Positions 23,343 through 36,164 of a stretch of 64,000 nt of DNA are shown one piece after another. The translations under genes and the position numbers were made by a program. Position 1 is the stretch's first letter. Each line of letters starts with the position of its first letter. Source of the DNA: Veleropilina oligotropha (Eukaryota). Location of the stretch: contig JBEUKZ010000103.1 of NCBI GenBank assembly GCA_048128005.1, positions 1 through 64,000 of the forward strand, in the 5' to 3' direction. The notes beneath the pieces were generated by a model that had not been told where the DNA came from, ran no database searches, and worked only from the letters and a program-made list of their open reading frames with translations.

Positions 23343-23995
23343 CGTATCTCAAGGACTGCGGAAATAGGCATACCGTGGTTGTCTAGCGGGTTACCGTCTG
23401 AATCTGTGACGTACACCTTCAATTCCGTGAGTTGCCCGGCCTGCAGTCGCCGAAATTCTGGATAACTATGATAGTGGGCAGCCTCACCGAACATCTGCGA
23501 TGTTATAGGGACCACCGCGAGAATCTTGCTCGGGGCGCCGTCTTTCACATTGTGTGTGGTACTGACCTGCTCCAGATGAACGTGCAGGGTCACGGAGATG
23601 GCAAACCCGACAGGCTTGTTCCCGTCATAAGTCCCAGGGTGTAGCCACCCAGAAAGGTTGAAGCCGAGGAGCTTCAGTAGATCATCGGAGATCGCGAGTC
23701 GAGTCCCCTCTGGGACAACGAGTTGCGCGAGTCAGGTAGCATGGCATACGTCTAGCCGCATGGTCGCTAGCGACCTCTTCATAGTCTTGGTGAGGGAATC
23801 GAAGCTGTAGAAACCCGGTGCCACCTTCACGGTGTTATTGGGGGTTTTGAAGAAGGCTCCAGCGTGTACGTTATGCCAACCGACCCAATAGTCGAGCGAC
23901 CGCAAGCCGACACATAGCTGGCCTTCCCGGTTATCTATCGGTTGCAGGAGGGGGACCGCGGTCCCCGTTTGAACACTCGTTACCGTGTGAAACAT
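23339..23995 (-). pseudogene. Minor capsid (penton)-like gene with a premature stop
   Basis: TGA at 23734-23732 where copy 2 has GGA; C-terminus ILAVVP...ELKVYVTDSDGNPLDNHG.PISAVLEI. Confidence 0.65.
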
Positions 23996-23999
23996 AGCT

Positions 24000-25299
24000 A
24001 TGGCTAAGAGCCCCTTTGCTTTTAATAGGAGTGCGGCCTATCCGACCGGTGTGGTGTACCCGGCAAAGATAACAGATGAGCAGCTTACAAGACCAAGCGT
24101 CGTGGTATCAGCGTCTGAACACCCGGCATTCGGGGCAAACTACCCAGACGTCTTCCAAAAGTATCGCCTCCCTCATGTCGCGAGTGAGCGGCTAATACGG
24201 GATTGGAACAGCACGCCCATGCGGTTTTGGCAGAACAAGGTCAACTTCGCAGTCTGGTGTGCTACAACGGGTTCCGGGGTATCCGCAGAAGACCACTTGA
24301 ATGCCACCGACCCCCTCTCCAGAGCCGTATTCACCTTCCACGTCTACTTTCAGATCAGAAGGATCTTGTCCGAAATTCAGGCGCCGCTGCCACAAGACAT
24401 GACGTGGGATGCATTCGACACCCCGTATGACCGCAGGGCATATGAGAAGATCTGCAGCGAATTTGGGGTGTCGCCGGATACCGACTGGCGAGTCGAGGGT
24501 CCCAATAAAGGGCTCGGCACTGCTTACAGCTACTGGACGAACAACGGCTACCACTCCATCGGACGTGAGTTTGATCCCAGTCGGATGTCCTTCACACAAG
24601 GTACGACAAACACGAATTTGCACGTGGACTACATCGCGCAAGCGCCTGCGCTTACTCACGGCTGGGCTTCGTTCATTCTGGACACATCGGCGGGATTTAC
24701 GAGGGCCGGCGTGGAGAGGCTCAATGACTCCATCAGGACCTACGTCTGGGCGATTCTTGGAGCGCAGGCTCAAACACGTGCAAGCATTCTGGGTAGTGGG
24801 ACGGCGTTTGATGCGCAAAAACAGTACCTGTCCAACGTGGAAGACGCCATCTCGTCTCCAGTTGATCTGCCATCAGCCATCAAACGGTACCAGGAGGTGC
24901 TACAGTATGCCAGGTCCAAGGTAGACTTCGTATTCGGCGTTGGCCTGTACATGGCGCCAAGTGACATGCTCCTGCGAATCGGGCAGGTGGCTAGTTACAA
25001 CAACGAAATCGTCGTTGCCACACAAGACCAGACACTAGGTCTTAATACAACCGTCAACACGGCCAGTGTGCCGCCCCCAACGCCACTGGGGATACTGGAG
25101 AAAAGGACTGGTCATTCCACAAGACGAGGTCGCAGTCTTACGGGCAGATGCGAGCATACCGGTGGTCACTCCGAAGCATCCAAATGCTGAGCCGGCTGTG
25201 GCGGCAGCTGTTCCACATGACGAGGAGAAAACCGCACTCATCATGGGTGGCGTCGTCATTGGCCTAGCGTTTATTTGGCTGGCTGCACCCACTGGCTAG
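24000..25299 (+). CDS. Viral hypothetical protein with probable C-terminal TM anchor (frameshift near 25090)
   Basis: 396-aa ORF; a shifted frame continues to TALIMGGVVIGLAFIWL. Confidence 0.65.
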
Positions 25300-26458
25300 C
25301 GGCCATAAGAAGCAAGCCCCCAACAGATATAATCACAGCCCACAGGTTCTCAGCAAGCCACGACGCTGTCTTGCCGACTAGGTTGATGAGCCAGGAAAGT
25401 AGGCTTCCAAGCATGCCTGGGAGTGCCGCTGCCACCTTCCCCGCTAGTTTGCCCGGAATCCGACCCAGGGTTTGCAGGTGCTTTTTTACCCACTCCGTCA
25501 TGCCTTGACCACTGGAAGGTGGTGGTGGTGGTGAGATGCTCGGCGCTCCGCCTGTTAGGGCTAGTACCAAAGTCGAGATGGCCATGCCAATCGCGGTCAG
25601 TATAGTCACGATCGTGACCCCCTGCTCGCAAAACAGGGTCCGGACGCGCTCGGCCAGCGTTGTGTCTGAGTGGAGAATCCGACTTATCATCTCTCGGATC
25701 CGGCTAATTTGGGAGCGAAGGGCATCCCGGCTGGACGAGGCTGCCTCTAGGCGAGCTGCTCGTTCATCATTTAGGTCGCGCAGACGTTCCGCGATTCGTC
25801 GACGAACGAACTCCTCCACACCCCCTTCATCTGCCTGATCGAGCTTCCCTTTCTCCAGCGCTATGTGTTCGTCCAGCGCCGACAGTTTGGCCAGGGTGTT
25901 GGTGAGCTCGCCTCGAATGGTCTGCATCGCCTTGTCAAGCCCGCGAAGCTCTCGCAGATTCAATGGAGGGTCCCCCATCGTGCTCAAGATCTCATCCACC
26001 TCGGCGTCTGTGAAAGACGTCTCCATTTTGTGGATTGCAGATGCCGCATCTGTAGCGGTTCGCCCCAAGTCCCGCAGTTCTACGTTGTCTACATTGGCGG
26101 CTGCACCACTCAACTCACTGTCGGCCGTCTGAAGAGCTGCAACCGCCTTTGAGGACGGCTTTTGTCCCCCCCCCCGCCTCCAGTCTACGAAACCCAACCC
26201 TTCTCTGATGGCACTACCCCCACCACGCCGGCCAGCGATTGTTGCCAAAGCCTTGGGTTTACCGGTGCTAGCGTTGATGAGGTCGATGTGGGGGTAGGCC
26301 TTCATCTGCAATCGCCCATCCACGTAATCGAACCTGGAATAATCATGCCCCGTGGCGGGGGTTTGCCCCTCCTCTGATAGGGCGTTGTAGTAGTCATCCA
26401 CCGCTGTTTGAACGAGCTCTTGTCACAGACCGCTGGTTCCTTCCTGTGGCAGTGCCGG
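25271..26458 (-). pseudogene. Coiled-coil plus multi-hydrophobic-helix viral protein; N-terminus displaced to 32751-32667 by the Ginger insertion
   Basis: Comparison with the uninterrupted copy 2; in-frame TGA shared by both copies. Confidence 0.7.
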
Positions 26459-27385
26459 TGTAAGATTGAAAAGGCACCCCCATTGAAAAGTGACCCTACG
26501 GTCACTTTTCAACGTTGAAAACATACCCGCCCCGTTGAAATATGACCCGGGTGTCTTTTCAACGGCTGCTGCATAAACTGATTGCACGACTATGAACAGA
26601 AGTTTTCGTGTCGCGTTATAGCCTCAGTTTTCCTGTATACGCACAATGGTGCACTAAATATTGCTAGAGGTACAGCGCAATTATTAGTTGCATGGAGTCG
26701 TGTTTATATAGACATATTGCTATCACATTAGTTGTATATTGGAAAACAATGATGAGTAGCCAATTGGTTTAGAGTGGGATTTCAAATCTACACAATTTGA
26801 CTTGAATGTAGGCTTAGGCCCCACGGAAAGAGGGTGTAGTGATACCCCCCAATATTTTACTGGTATCTTTTTTGTAAAGTATTATCTTTAATATGGATTT
26901 TCCTTGTGAGATGTCTTGATCGCAAAAGTAATTTAGCAGACGTTTGGCATCCTGAAATATGCACACAAAGTCCTATTACATCAATTCAATAATGCGAGTC
27001 TAATGTGGCAGACTATGTGATTCTTAATGCGATATCGGGGGTCGCTTGGGCGATTGTCGCATCATGAAGCGGACACACTTTGCGATTTATCTGAGCGATT
27101 CAGCTGAACTAGCCGATCCTTTGGTCTGCCGCCATTTTGGCTGACATTTTATTAGTATGCAACTATATATAAGCAAATATTATTGGTTGTTGTCATAGCG
27201 TCGATGCGGCGATCGCAATCGCAGTTATGAACACAGCTGGTTCTCTGAAAGAGGGAGGTGTAAGAAATTCGTCAGCTTGTTAATGGCAAAGACGCACAGA
27301 CGCAGACAAAATTTGTTACATGCATGTCACATTGTGAGTGTGCACCGTCCCCGGACGAACCAGTAGCACCGCGAAATATATGAAT

Positions 27386-27620
27386 AAGAAAATGGGGTAT
27401 TGGATAGAAATGAGTTTATTCGTATTTCTGACAATTCGTGGTAGGCCTACTGGTGGTTCGTCTGGGGGGCTGTGGTTTGCGTAGTAGGGGCGGGTGGGGG
27501 TGTCTAGCTAATATCATATATTATAGTCAAAATTGCGACATTAGTGAATAGGCCTATATTATGAACGTGCCGTGCACGTGGGGATGGTGAATGCCCCCCC
27601 CCCACACACACACACAGACA

Positions 27621-27652
<32 letters not shown>

Positions 27653-27897
27653 GCCACGCGCAGTAAACGAATCAGAAAATGGGGCATTGGATAGAAGTGA
27701 GTTTATTCGTATTTCTGACAATTCGTGGTAGGCCTACTGATTGTTCGTCTGGGGGCTGTGGTTTGCGTAGTAGGGGGGGGGGGGGCTAATAATGAGTATA
27801 TCATATTATAGTCAACATTAATGAATAGGCCTATATTATATGTACGTGCCACGTGGGGATGCCCCCCCCCCCACACACACACGCACACGCACAGTAA
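27386..27897 (+). repeat. ~290-bp direct duplication with (CA)n tracts
   Basis: agaaaatgggg...ggatagaa.tgagtttattcgtatttctgacaattcgtggtaggcctac near 27388 and 27675. Confidence 0.85.
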
Positions 27898-30119
27898 ACT
27901 TTTAAAGATGCAGGATCTACTTCAGATCGCTAAAACGTATGTAAATGCTGTTCTATCTTACACTTTCTGCATTGATTTATGGCATATAGTTAGGACGTTT
28001 TAGAGATTACCACACACGGCAAAAAACATTTTCACTTAGTAATAAATAATTGATTTTTTTATTTAATTATTAGCGCGCGCTCATAATTCGAACCGATTGT
28101 ACACAAGATTTATACGGAAATGAACGACGGCTTGGCGGAATCAACACGTCACTTAGCTCCGCCCTAAATTACTCCCGCGATCTATATATACCTCGGGAGT
28201 TTTGTTTATATCGGTTTCCATGGCGGATGTCGACAAGAGAAAGAGAGACAGGCCGCCGCTATCGACTGTGACTGCATCTGCCAAGAAACGACAGAAAATA
28301 GAAAAAGATCGGACTCGATGAAAATCGACGGTGTATATAAACTTGAAATAATAAATAACGCGATCAATGACAATTGGATGCGGCTGCTTCAACTTGTAAA
28401 CAAACAGTGAAGCATTTGAAACAGTGTCGCGATGCGCAATAGGCCTAATTAGTTGGTGAAATAAATATGGTTATTATGTTAGTATTGCTGCCATATACTA
28501 CAATTATGAGAAACTAGCTATATGTTTCAAAGAAATACATCAATTTCAGCGAACCGATAAACACTGACGCGCGACTCGAGTTTGCTTGGTCTGTGATGTC
28601 AATCAAATCGACGGGACCACGTGACGTTTGACCCAATAACGATCGGATGTGTCCGTCCCCGATAATGAGATAAGATGGCTTCGGACGATTGATGCGCTCG
28701 GTTAAAATACCACGTCGGCTGAAGCAATTATTAAATGCTAGCAACACCTTCTGTTGCATTTTAACTTTTCCTTCGCCCTAAAACATGTCATGTATGGATA
28801 CCATCCCAACAAACACACAACATTATCTAAACATTGATAAGATATTATAGATTACTGGCATAACATTTTAATGATGTTATGACAATGTTGACGTAAACTC
28901 GTAAAGTCGATGTCATTTTCGTGTATTTCTGTTCTGGCACTTAGAAGATAGATTTCTGTCACTTATAAGATGAACCGCTTAACCTGCAGCTTTCATATTG
29001 GGTATACACCGTGTATACCACCATGCCTCTGGGTCAAAGGTTAAGGTTATTTTCGTGTATTACTGAGAACGTTAATATGAACCGAGGAAAATCGAATACC
29101 GGTATATCGTCTTGACATGCATTTTTTTACATCAAATGTGGATCGAACCTCCCCCAAACGGAAACAGAAATTAAGAAAATATGTCATGCATATTTGAACT
29201 ACAATGAATTGTTAGTTAGCAAAACAAGGTGACTGGTCATATGGGGATACAAGCTTATACTATGTAGACCTACATAGGTAGACTCATGTATGCAGTCATG
29301 GGCTTACATAGTTGCTCCAAATTCATTCAGTGACTGCGCTGTTCCGAAGATTGTGGGTTCGCTTCCCGTCCAAGTCAAAATTTGGAATAACAGCAACACA
29401 GTGCACCATACACGGCAGATGGTTTTTCTCGGATATTCCCTGAATATTCGTGATTTCCTCCAACATTAACATGGGGGTGTCCCAATGTGACATATTCAAT
29501 ACATAGGGCCTAGATTTAACAATAAGCATATGATAATACAAGTCCAGCTTTCTGATTGACTGAATGGGGAACTCTTTTGAATATCGAACAATTCGGTCAT
29601 ATAATTATCGCAGGCTGGTTGGTGGTTCTACAGCAAGCAGACGGTCGGACATCTGACAATTATGTTCCAAGCCAATTCCACCGACAACAATTCGCCACAA
29701 AACACAGAACGAATCTGCAATATATATATGGCACCGTATAAGCAGGCGGTTGGCCGATGTCCGGCGAATAATGGATATTATAATACTTATACATGACCTA
29801 TTGGTCAAAATTCTGACTGTGGGCCTATACCCGTAATCATGCTAAGTCCATACATGTGTGTAATTCCCATGTAGCTCATGTCAGCTGCGCCAAAATAGGC
29901 CCCGAAGCATCCTTGGTTAAAGTTGATTCCAAACAATGTCAAAGTGTACTATCGGCGAAGCGACCTGCGGACACACAAACTAGCAGACATACATACATAC
30001 ATACAGACACAAAGAGCGGTATATATATAATAAATATATTTATGTATGCATGTATTTAATAGACAACATGGCAATCAGAGATTACAAACCCTCGCCTGTA
30101 GGGCCTCATCAATATAGTA

Positions 30120-30926
30120 ATGGAGCAATCAGAAGATATGCGAAAATGTGTTTTCCTGATCTTTCGACACCTGTGTCATTGACCCTTGTATACATCTAAA
30201 CCGCCATTAGAAGACCTATCGAATGACATCATTTGCATATATTTACTTCATTTAGATCATAAGTTATATGCGTAAATGCATTTTGGTGACCTTGACCTTT
30301 GACCTATATTGATCACAATATTTAATACATCTAAGGCGCCATGAGAACACCTTTAGAATGACACCATTTGCATACATTTACTGCATGTAGATCAGAAGAT
30401 ATTTGTGAAAATGTTATTTCGTGACCTTTCGATGCCTGTGACCTTGACATATATTAATCACAATGTAATATACATATAATGCGCCATTAGAAGACCCTTC
30501 GAATGCCGCCATTTGCATGTATTTGTTGCATGTAGATCAGAAGATATTTGCGAAAATGTTATTTCGTGACCTTTCGACACCTGTGACCTTGACCTATATT
30601 CATCACAATGTTAGATATATCTTTCGAATAACGACATTTGCATCTATTTACTACGATGTTAGATACACTAAAGCGCCATTAGATGACCTTTCGAATGACA
30701 CCATATGCGTCTATTTTCTGCACATAGATCAGAAGTTATATGCGATAATGCATTTCTTGACCTTAGTGACCTTGACCTTTAATGTACAGTCACCAAATTC
30801 GAGGAGGACCGAGCTACAGGAGCACAGAACCTTGTGTAAAATTTTCAACTGAATTGGAGCTGTAGATTTTTAGTTATGCTCACGGACAGACAGACGCCCC
30901 CCCCCCCCCAAGGGGGCGAGTGTAAT
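30120..30926 (+). mobile_element. Non-autonomous Helitron/HINE-like repeat with internal tandem units
   Basis: Iterated gaccttgacc and cgccattagaagacc units, then a cggacagacagac tract and a GC-rich 3' stem. Confidence 0.45.
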
Positions 30927-31050
30927 TATATGAGAGGCAACATGGTTTTGTTTTGACCAACATATATTGAACGCACTGGCAACGGCCTAAGCGAACATCC
31001 ATATACCACATAAGAATATATGAATATTTTATATCAATTAAAATGTCATA

Positions 31051-31108
31051 TCCCCGACGGGAGTCGAACCAGTGTTCTCCGAATGCTTTGACCACTAAGT
31101 TACGAGGA
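31051..31108 (-). pseudogene. tRNA-Asp-like fragment or SINE head lacking the anticodon arm
   Basis: Minus strand tcctcgtaacttagtggt...ggttcgactcccgtcgggga. Confidence 0.5.
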
Positions 31109-32803
31109 CCCGACGAGAAATATGACATTGGTATTGATATACGTCACCGTCCTAGGAGCTGGCTCTGGCCTGTATGTATTTAATAGACAATTATATGAGA
31201 GGCAACATGGTTTTGTTTGGACCAACATATATTGGACGCACTGGCAACGCACGCCCGTAGTACTTACATACAGGCATGCATGCATACATAGCCTACACAC
31301 GTAAGTACGTACGTATTTACATACATGCACGCATGAATGCATACATGTATAGGCCTACATATGACTGCTCAGCAACACGATCGCCGCAGCTGTGTCGAAG
31401 TATTGAAGTGGATGGCGTATTTTTGTATGGACCGTTTAACATACAAAAAAGATGTCATATGTAGGATTTTTGCGTATATAATATTATATGGCGAAACCCA
31501 CTCGCCGTTTTGAGGATACCGTAACTGTTGCTACAACGTTGTATTCGTCGGAATTTGAGCCCGTCGTCATCATAAGAGCACAGTCAGTGCTGGAACATGG
31601 AGCAGCGCTTAAACCCAGTCGGTCTGTGTCGAAGGACAACGAGATGCTCTAGTGACAACATATCGCATGTCACATTAAAGCCGAGTTTCCACTCGTCCGA
31701 ATGCGAATATTTTCGGTCCTTATATTTTATCATTCGTTAGTCGTTAGTCGTTTTTCACATTCGGGCAAGAGGAAATACGGCTTTAGACTTGATTCAATAG
31801 CCGGGCAGCCCGGCTCTGGTGTATCTTTGTGTATGTCGGCGGCCTAGATATAAGTTTCATTGTCTAAATGATACAACAAATACTGAATATATGGAGTCAA
31901 TATATGCAACCCAAACCGCATAGAATTGTTGCATTATGTTTTCAAACAACATAAAATAAGATTAATTGCATGAGGGGGGTGGGGGTATAGGGCAAGTTAC
32001 ACGCACGCATATCTCTAAATTAAAAAAACCCAAATATGCATTCAGCACTATCGACTTTATTCCTGTTCTTGGTTTCAAGACCCGTCTATGCCCACATAGT
32101 GGTGACAGTGTCAGCCAGCAGGATCACAGCAAGACTATAATAGTCCGACAATATATATATATTATAATATTTCAGTCCATATAAAGAGAGCATGTTCAGG
32201 CATTTTCGAAATAGAAATATAATGCCTCAAGCCCAAATCATTAAATAAGAAATGTACTGCATTCAATTATTTAATCTGTACCTTTGCATAATATGACTAT
32301 AGGGTGTATATTCGACGGGGTACCTTTTCAACCCGTAGGTGGGCCATTGAAAAATTCCCCCTCCACCATGTGTAAAAACTTAGCGGGGTCATTATTCAAC
32401 GTTGAAAAGGTACCCGGGGTCACTATTCAACAGTTGAAAAGTGACCATAGGACGTATATTCAACGGGGGTGCCTTTGCAATCCGTGGGTGAGCCATTGAA
32501 AAATGACCCCCCATCCGTTGAAAACATACCCGGGGTCATTATTCAACGTTGAAAAGGTACCCAGGGTCATTATTCAACGGTTGAAAAGGCACCCAGAGTC
32601 ATTATTCAACGTTGAAAAGTGACCGTACGGGTCACTTTTCAACGGGGGTGCCTTTTCAATCTTACACCGGCACAATCCAGTCAGTGGATCCAACCACATC
32701 ATCATCGTCGATGATATCGGGCTCGAATGCGGGGTTCTCGAATTCCGCCATGTTGAATACAGCCACCTGGGTACGCATCTAATACAGCCATCGCGACAAC
32801 AAC

Positions 32804-34108
32804 ATGGCCAGCCTGTACGGACGCAAGCTCGATCCATACCGCAGACTGCGAGAGCCCCTTGGGGTCAAGGGCATCCGCCAGTCGGTCACTATAACCAACA
32901 ACCCATCAACGATCGCCGCCAACCAGCAGCTCTTGGTTCGGTTCCCTAATCTCTGGGCTCATGACGTTATCGTTCCAGGGACTGCCCACCTGGCATTTAC
33001 AATCTCTCTGAACTCGTCGGACCCGAATAGGACCGTCGTTCAGAACCTCGGTCGTGCCGTGAACAAGAAGACCACGATAAAGATCAGTGGAAACGAGATC
33101 ATGTCTATCGACGACTCTGACGTCTATCAGTGCTATTGCGATCTCTGGAAGACCCCCCAGGAACGCCAGAGTGCTCAATACCAGGGGATCGATACCAGCG
33201 AGTCGACCAATGATACCAGACTGCATGTTGGTGTGGCCGACGCCTTCAGAGTTTCTGAGGATGTGGCCATCTCGGTCGCTTATGGGAATAGGTTCCGCAC
33301 CCCGCTGGACTTCGAGTTGCTGGAAAGCCACATGCCCTTCTACCAGAGTGCTCTGGGGGACCGTCTGGAGTACGAGCTAACGTTCAACGACCACTCAAGG
33401 ACGATCAAGGCTGCGGACGACCCCAGTGCCAGCTATATCATCGAGAACATCAGCCTGGAATATGACATGGTCACCCAGGTAGACCTGGCCAGGCTGATAC
33501 ACAACCAGTACTCGGGCCGCCTCGCCATCCTCTACGACCGTGTGCTCCGGCATCGCAAGCTCACCAGAGACAAGAGCGACACGTTGTGGAACCTTAACCT
33601 GAATGTACCGGCGCGGTCGATGAAAGGCATCCTACTGCTGTTTGAGGACCCCGCGAGAGACACCGCGGCATTCGCGAGGGACACCGAGGCCTTCTATAAT
33701 CCGAAGATCACAAAGGTCGAGGTCACCATCGAGGGGGTCCCGAATCAACTCTACAGCCAGGGCTTGCGTTCATACCAGGTGTGGGAGGAAGCCACGAAAT
33801 TGTTCGCCTCCAACCCGATCAGCAAGCGGCATCCTGAGGTGGCGTTGGTTGCAAAGGAGTTGGCTCTGGCAGACGTCACCCTGGGTGCGTTCTTGACCAA
33901 AAAGTACGCACTCTGGATAGACATGCGGGTAACCGACGACGATCAGCTGCACGGGTCAGGCCGGAGGGTAGAGAACGCCAGCGACGGCGTCACAATCCAG
34001 GTCACTAAGACAGGCGAGGCAGCCAGCCCGTTGAACGTTTACCTATACGTAATCATGGATGCCCAGCTTAACATCGAGAATGGACGCTTCGTCACAGCGC
34101 TGTACTAA
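32804..34108 (+). CDS. Putative major capsid protein (double jelly-roll), copy 1
   Basis: 434 aa, beta-strand-rich pattern, directly upstream of the packaging ATPase; intact in both copies. Confidence 0.7.
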   Translation: MASLYGRKLDPYRRLREPLGVKGIRQSVTITNNPSTIAANQQLLVRFPNLWAHDVIVPGTAHLAFTISLNSSDPNRTVVQNLGRAVNKKTTIKISGNEIMSIDDSDVYQCYCDLWKTPQERQSAQYQGIDTSESTNDTRLHVGVADAFRVSEDVAISVAYGNRFRTPLDFELLESHMPFYQSALGDRLEYELTFNDHSRTIKAADDPSASYIIENISLEYDMVTQVDLARLIHNQYSGRLAILYDRVLRHRKLTRDKSDTLWNLNLNVPARSMKGILLLFEDPARDTAAFARDTEAFYNPKITKVEVTIEGVPNQLYSQGLRSYQVWEEATKLFASNPISKRHPEVALVAKELALADVTLGAFLTKKYALWIDMRVTDDDQLHGSGRRVENASDGVTIQVTKTGEAASPLNVYLYVIMDAQLNIENGRFVTALY

Positions 34109-34712
34109 ACGGTTCCCGCACACCACGGACCCCCACTCCGCAATCATTTGCGGCCAGACTGGTTGTGGGAAGACGGTTTTCATGCTTGAACTGCTGAAAG
34201 GAGTCTATCGAAGGATGTTCCGGCACATCGTAATCCTCTGCCCCACGATCAAGTACAACAAAGCATACCAGTCCTGTCCGTGGATCTGGACTGACCCGGA
34301 GGTGTATATAATCCCCCCCGGTGAGCGACTTCACGATTGGTTGCGGGGGTTCTACCGGCTGTTCCAGGGGGAATCAACCCTATACATCATCGACGACTGC
34401 GCCGCCAGCAAGGCCCTAGCCAAGAGAAGGGATATGCTGACCGAGTTGGCCTTTAGCGGGAGGCATGCCGAACAGAGTGTGTGGGTGGTGACGCAAAAAT
34501 ACAACTCGGTCTTGAAGGAGCTCAGAGAGCAGACCCGCTGGGTCGCGCTGTTTCACTGCAAGGACCGAGACAGCTTCGAAGACTGTCTCTGCGAGAATGA
34601 CGTAATCCCATCGCAGGATGAGAGAACCGCGGTGCGCCGGCTGTTGGCAGAGGCTACTTACGCCAAGCTGCTGTTAAAAACTGATCAGCCCATTGCTTAT
34701 AGTATGCTCTAG
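34059..34712 (+). CDS. A32-like packaging ATPase, copy 1
   Basis: GQTGCGKT, YIIDD, SGRH..SVWVVTQ. Confidence 0.9.
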   Translation: MPSLTSRMDASSQRCTKRFPHTTDPHSAIICGQTGCGKTVFMLELLKGVYRRMFRHIVILCPTIKYNKAYQSCPWIWTDPEVYIIPPGERLHDWLRGFYRLFQGESTLYIIDDCAASKALAKRRDMLTELAFSGRHAEQSVWVVTQKYNSVLKELREQTRWVALFHCKDRDSFEDCLCENDVIPSQDERTAVRRLLAEATYAKLLLKTDQPIAYSML

Positions 34713-34745
34713 CATCTACCAGGCATCTCCTAGCATCTACCCAGC

Positions 34746-35888
34746 ATGTCGGACGCTGTATACATAGTCTTTGCTTGCAGCCAGAGCCTGATGTTGCTGC
34801 TCCTGGCCACATTGTGGTATTGGCTGTACGGTTATATTAGACTGGCGAGGCGATGTTGGAAACGCTTGAGGATGGACAGCCTGATCGATCAACTCATGGA
34901 GGACGATGGCGAGGAACCTGTCAGTGGCCACCGCTTGACTCCCGATGGCGAGGAACCTGTCAGTAACAGTAGCTTCGCCAGTTCCGAAGGAACGGCAAAA
35001 AAGCGGGAGAGGCTGGCAGCATTAGCCGTTGGAGGACAGGCCCACAGATACTTGGGGCGCAACCTCACGGTGGACCGGATCGACGCTATGACCGATGAAG
35101 AGATTGATAAACACCATGCAAGGTACGAAGCGAAGCTCGGTGCCGAAATGACGAAAACCCTGGGGACTGCAGCTATACACCTGTATGCGGGGGCAGCTGG
35201 GATGTTCTTGCCCATCCCACCAGAAAGCCAACTACGACTGATCGCCGACCTGGAGGCCGACCCTTTCATCTCACACGCGCTGTGCTCTGCAACCTGCGAG
35301 TTGTATCACCAGTACGGAATGTACCTAGCACCGTTGACCGCAGCGTTGACCACGGCTAGACACTGCCAATTTGGACATGTTTGCCCACCCAAGATATCAC
35401 GAGGTCAAGATGACAACGCTGGAAATGGACCAGCCGATAGAGAGGGTGACTTATTCTCCCCCCTTCTGCGGGGGCTCCCCACGTCGGGGAAGGACCCTAA
35501 AAAGGTGGCTGCAGGTCGGGCCGGTGCTGCTGCGAGGAAAGCCAAACAGGAGAGGCTACTTGCCGAGGTTAGAAAACTTAAGGAAGACACCCGCACAGTT
35601 CCAGAACTACCGGAGGCACAGCCACACAGTGGTAACACCCCGGCCGAGGTGACCGTGGTCGAAAACGACTTTCGCGCTGGGGGCGCAGTGTCACATACAC
35701 GGAAATCGGACCCATTTAAGTGGACCCATGGACTCTTCGCTGCGGGCGGGGTTGCGTTGCTATTCGTTGTCTGGAAACGCAGCAGTGGTGTATCCACACC
35801 ACATCAACAGCCACCAGCACCGGCGAGGCAGCCGGCTCCCGCCCCCACCATCGAATTGGAGACTCACAACCCGTTCCATATGCGATAG
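34746..35888 (+). CDS. Viral hypothetical protein with N- and C-terminal hydrophobic segments
   Basis: 380-aa ORF; basic KDPKKVAAGRAGAAARK motif. Confidence 0.6.
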   Translation: MSDAVYIVFACSQSLMLLLLATLWYWLYGYIRLARRCWKRLRMDSLIDQLMEDDGEEPVSGHRLTPDGEEPVSNSSFASSEGTAKKRERLAALAVGGQAHRYLGRNLTVDRIDAMTDEEIDKHHARYEAKLGAEMTKTLGTAAIHLYAGAAGMFLPIPPESQLRLIADLEADPFISHALCSATCELYHQYGMYLAPLTAALTTARHCQFGHVCPPKISRGQDDNAGNGPADREGDLFSPLLRGLPTSGKDPKKVAAGRAGAAARKAKQERLLAEVRKLKEDTRTVPELPEAQPHSGNTPAEVTVVENDFRAGGAVSHTRKSDPFKWTHGLFAAGGVALLFVVWKRSSGVSTPHQQPPAPARQPAPAPTIELETHNPFHMR

Positions 35889-35900
35889 TAGCAGTACAAC

Positions 35901-36140
35901 ATGACTACCCCAATCACCGATGGAAAGATGCTCGGCAACGCCGTATATCATTCGGCCATCGTGTCTGGCCTGGCCATTGGCTACTCACGCCTGGTAAAGA
36001 TGGCCTTCAAGGGGGTAAGCCCCAAGCTGGACTTCACTGGTTACGATGTTGGGATGGTGGTCCTCGACGTAGCGCTCGCCATGGCGACGAAAGATCTGCT
36101 GATCCGGCAAGGCCTCATTCCCGCCGACGTATTGAAGTAG
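35901..36140 (+). CDS. Small hydrophobic viral protein
   Basis: 79 aa, CAACATG start context, intact in both copies. Confidence 0.6.
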   Translation: MTTPITDGKMLGNAVYHSAIVSGLAIGYSRLVKMAFKGVSPKLDFTGYDVGMVVLDVALAMATKDLLIRQGLIPADVLK

Positions 36141-36164
36141 TGGTTGCGGTACTGCATCACTTCA

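Larger units (their letters stand above)
26459..32666. mobile_element. Non-autonomous Ginger1-like DNA transposon
   Basis: TIR TGTAAGATTGAAAAGGCACCCC.../...GGGGTGCCTTTTCAATCTTACA; 4-bp TSD CCGG; empty site seen in copy 2 near 44357; subterminal TTCAACGTTGAAAA repeats. Confidence 0.85.

Noticed and set aside
24192..24818. Antisense and overlapping ORFs throughout the viral region
   Set aside because: Expected shadows of GC-rich coding sequence; no motifs.
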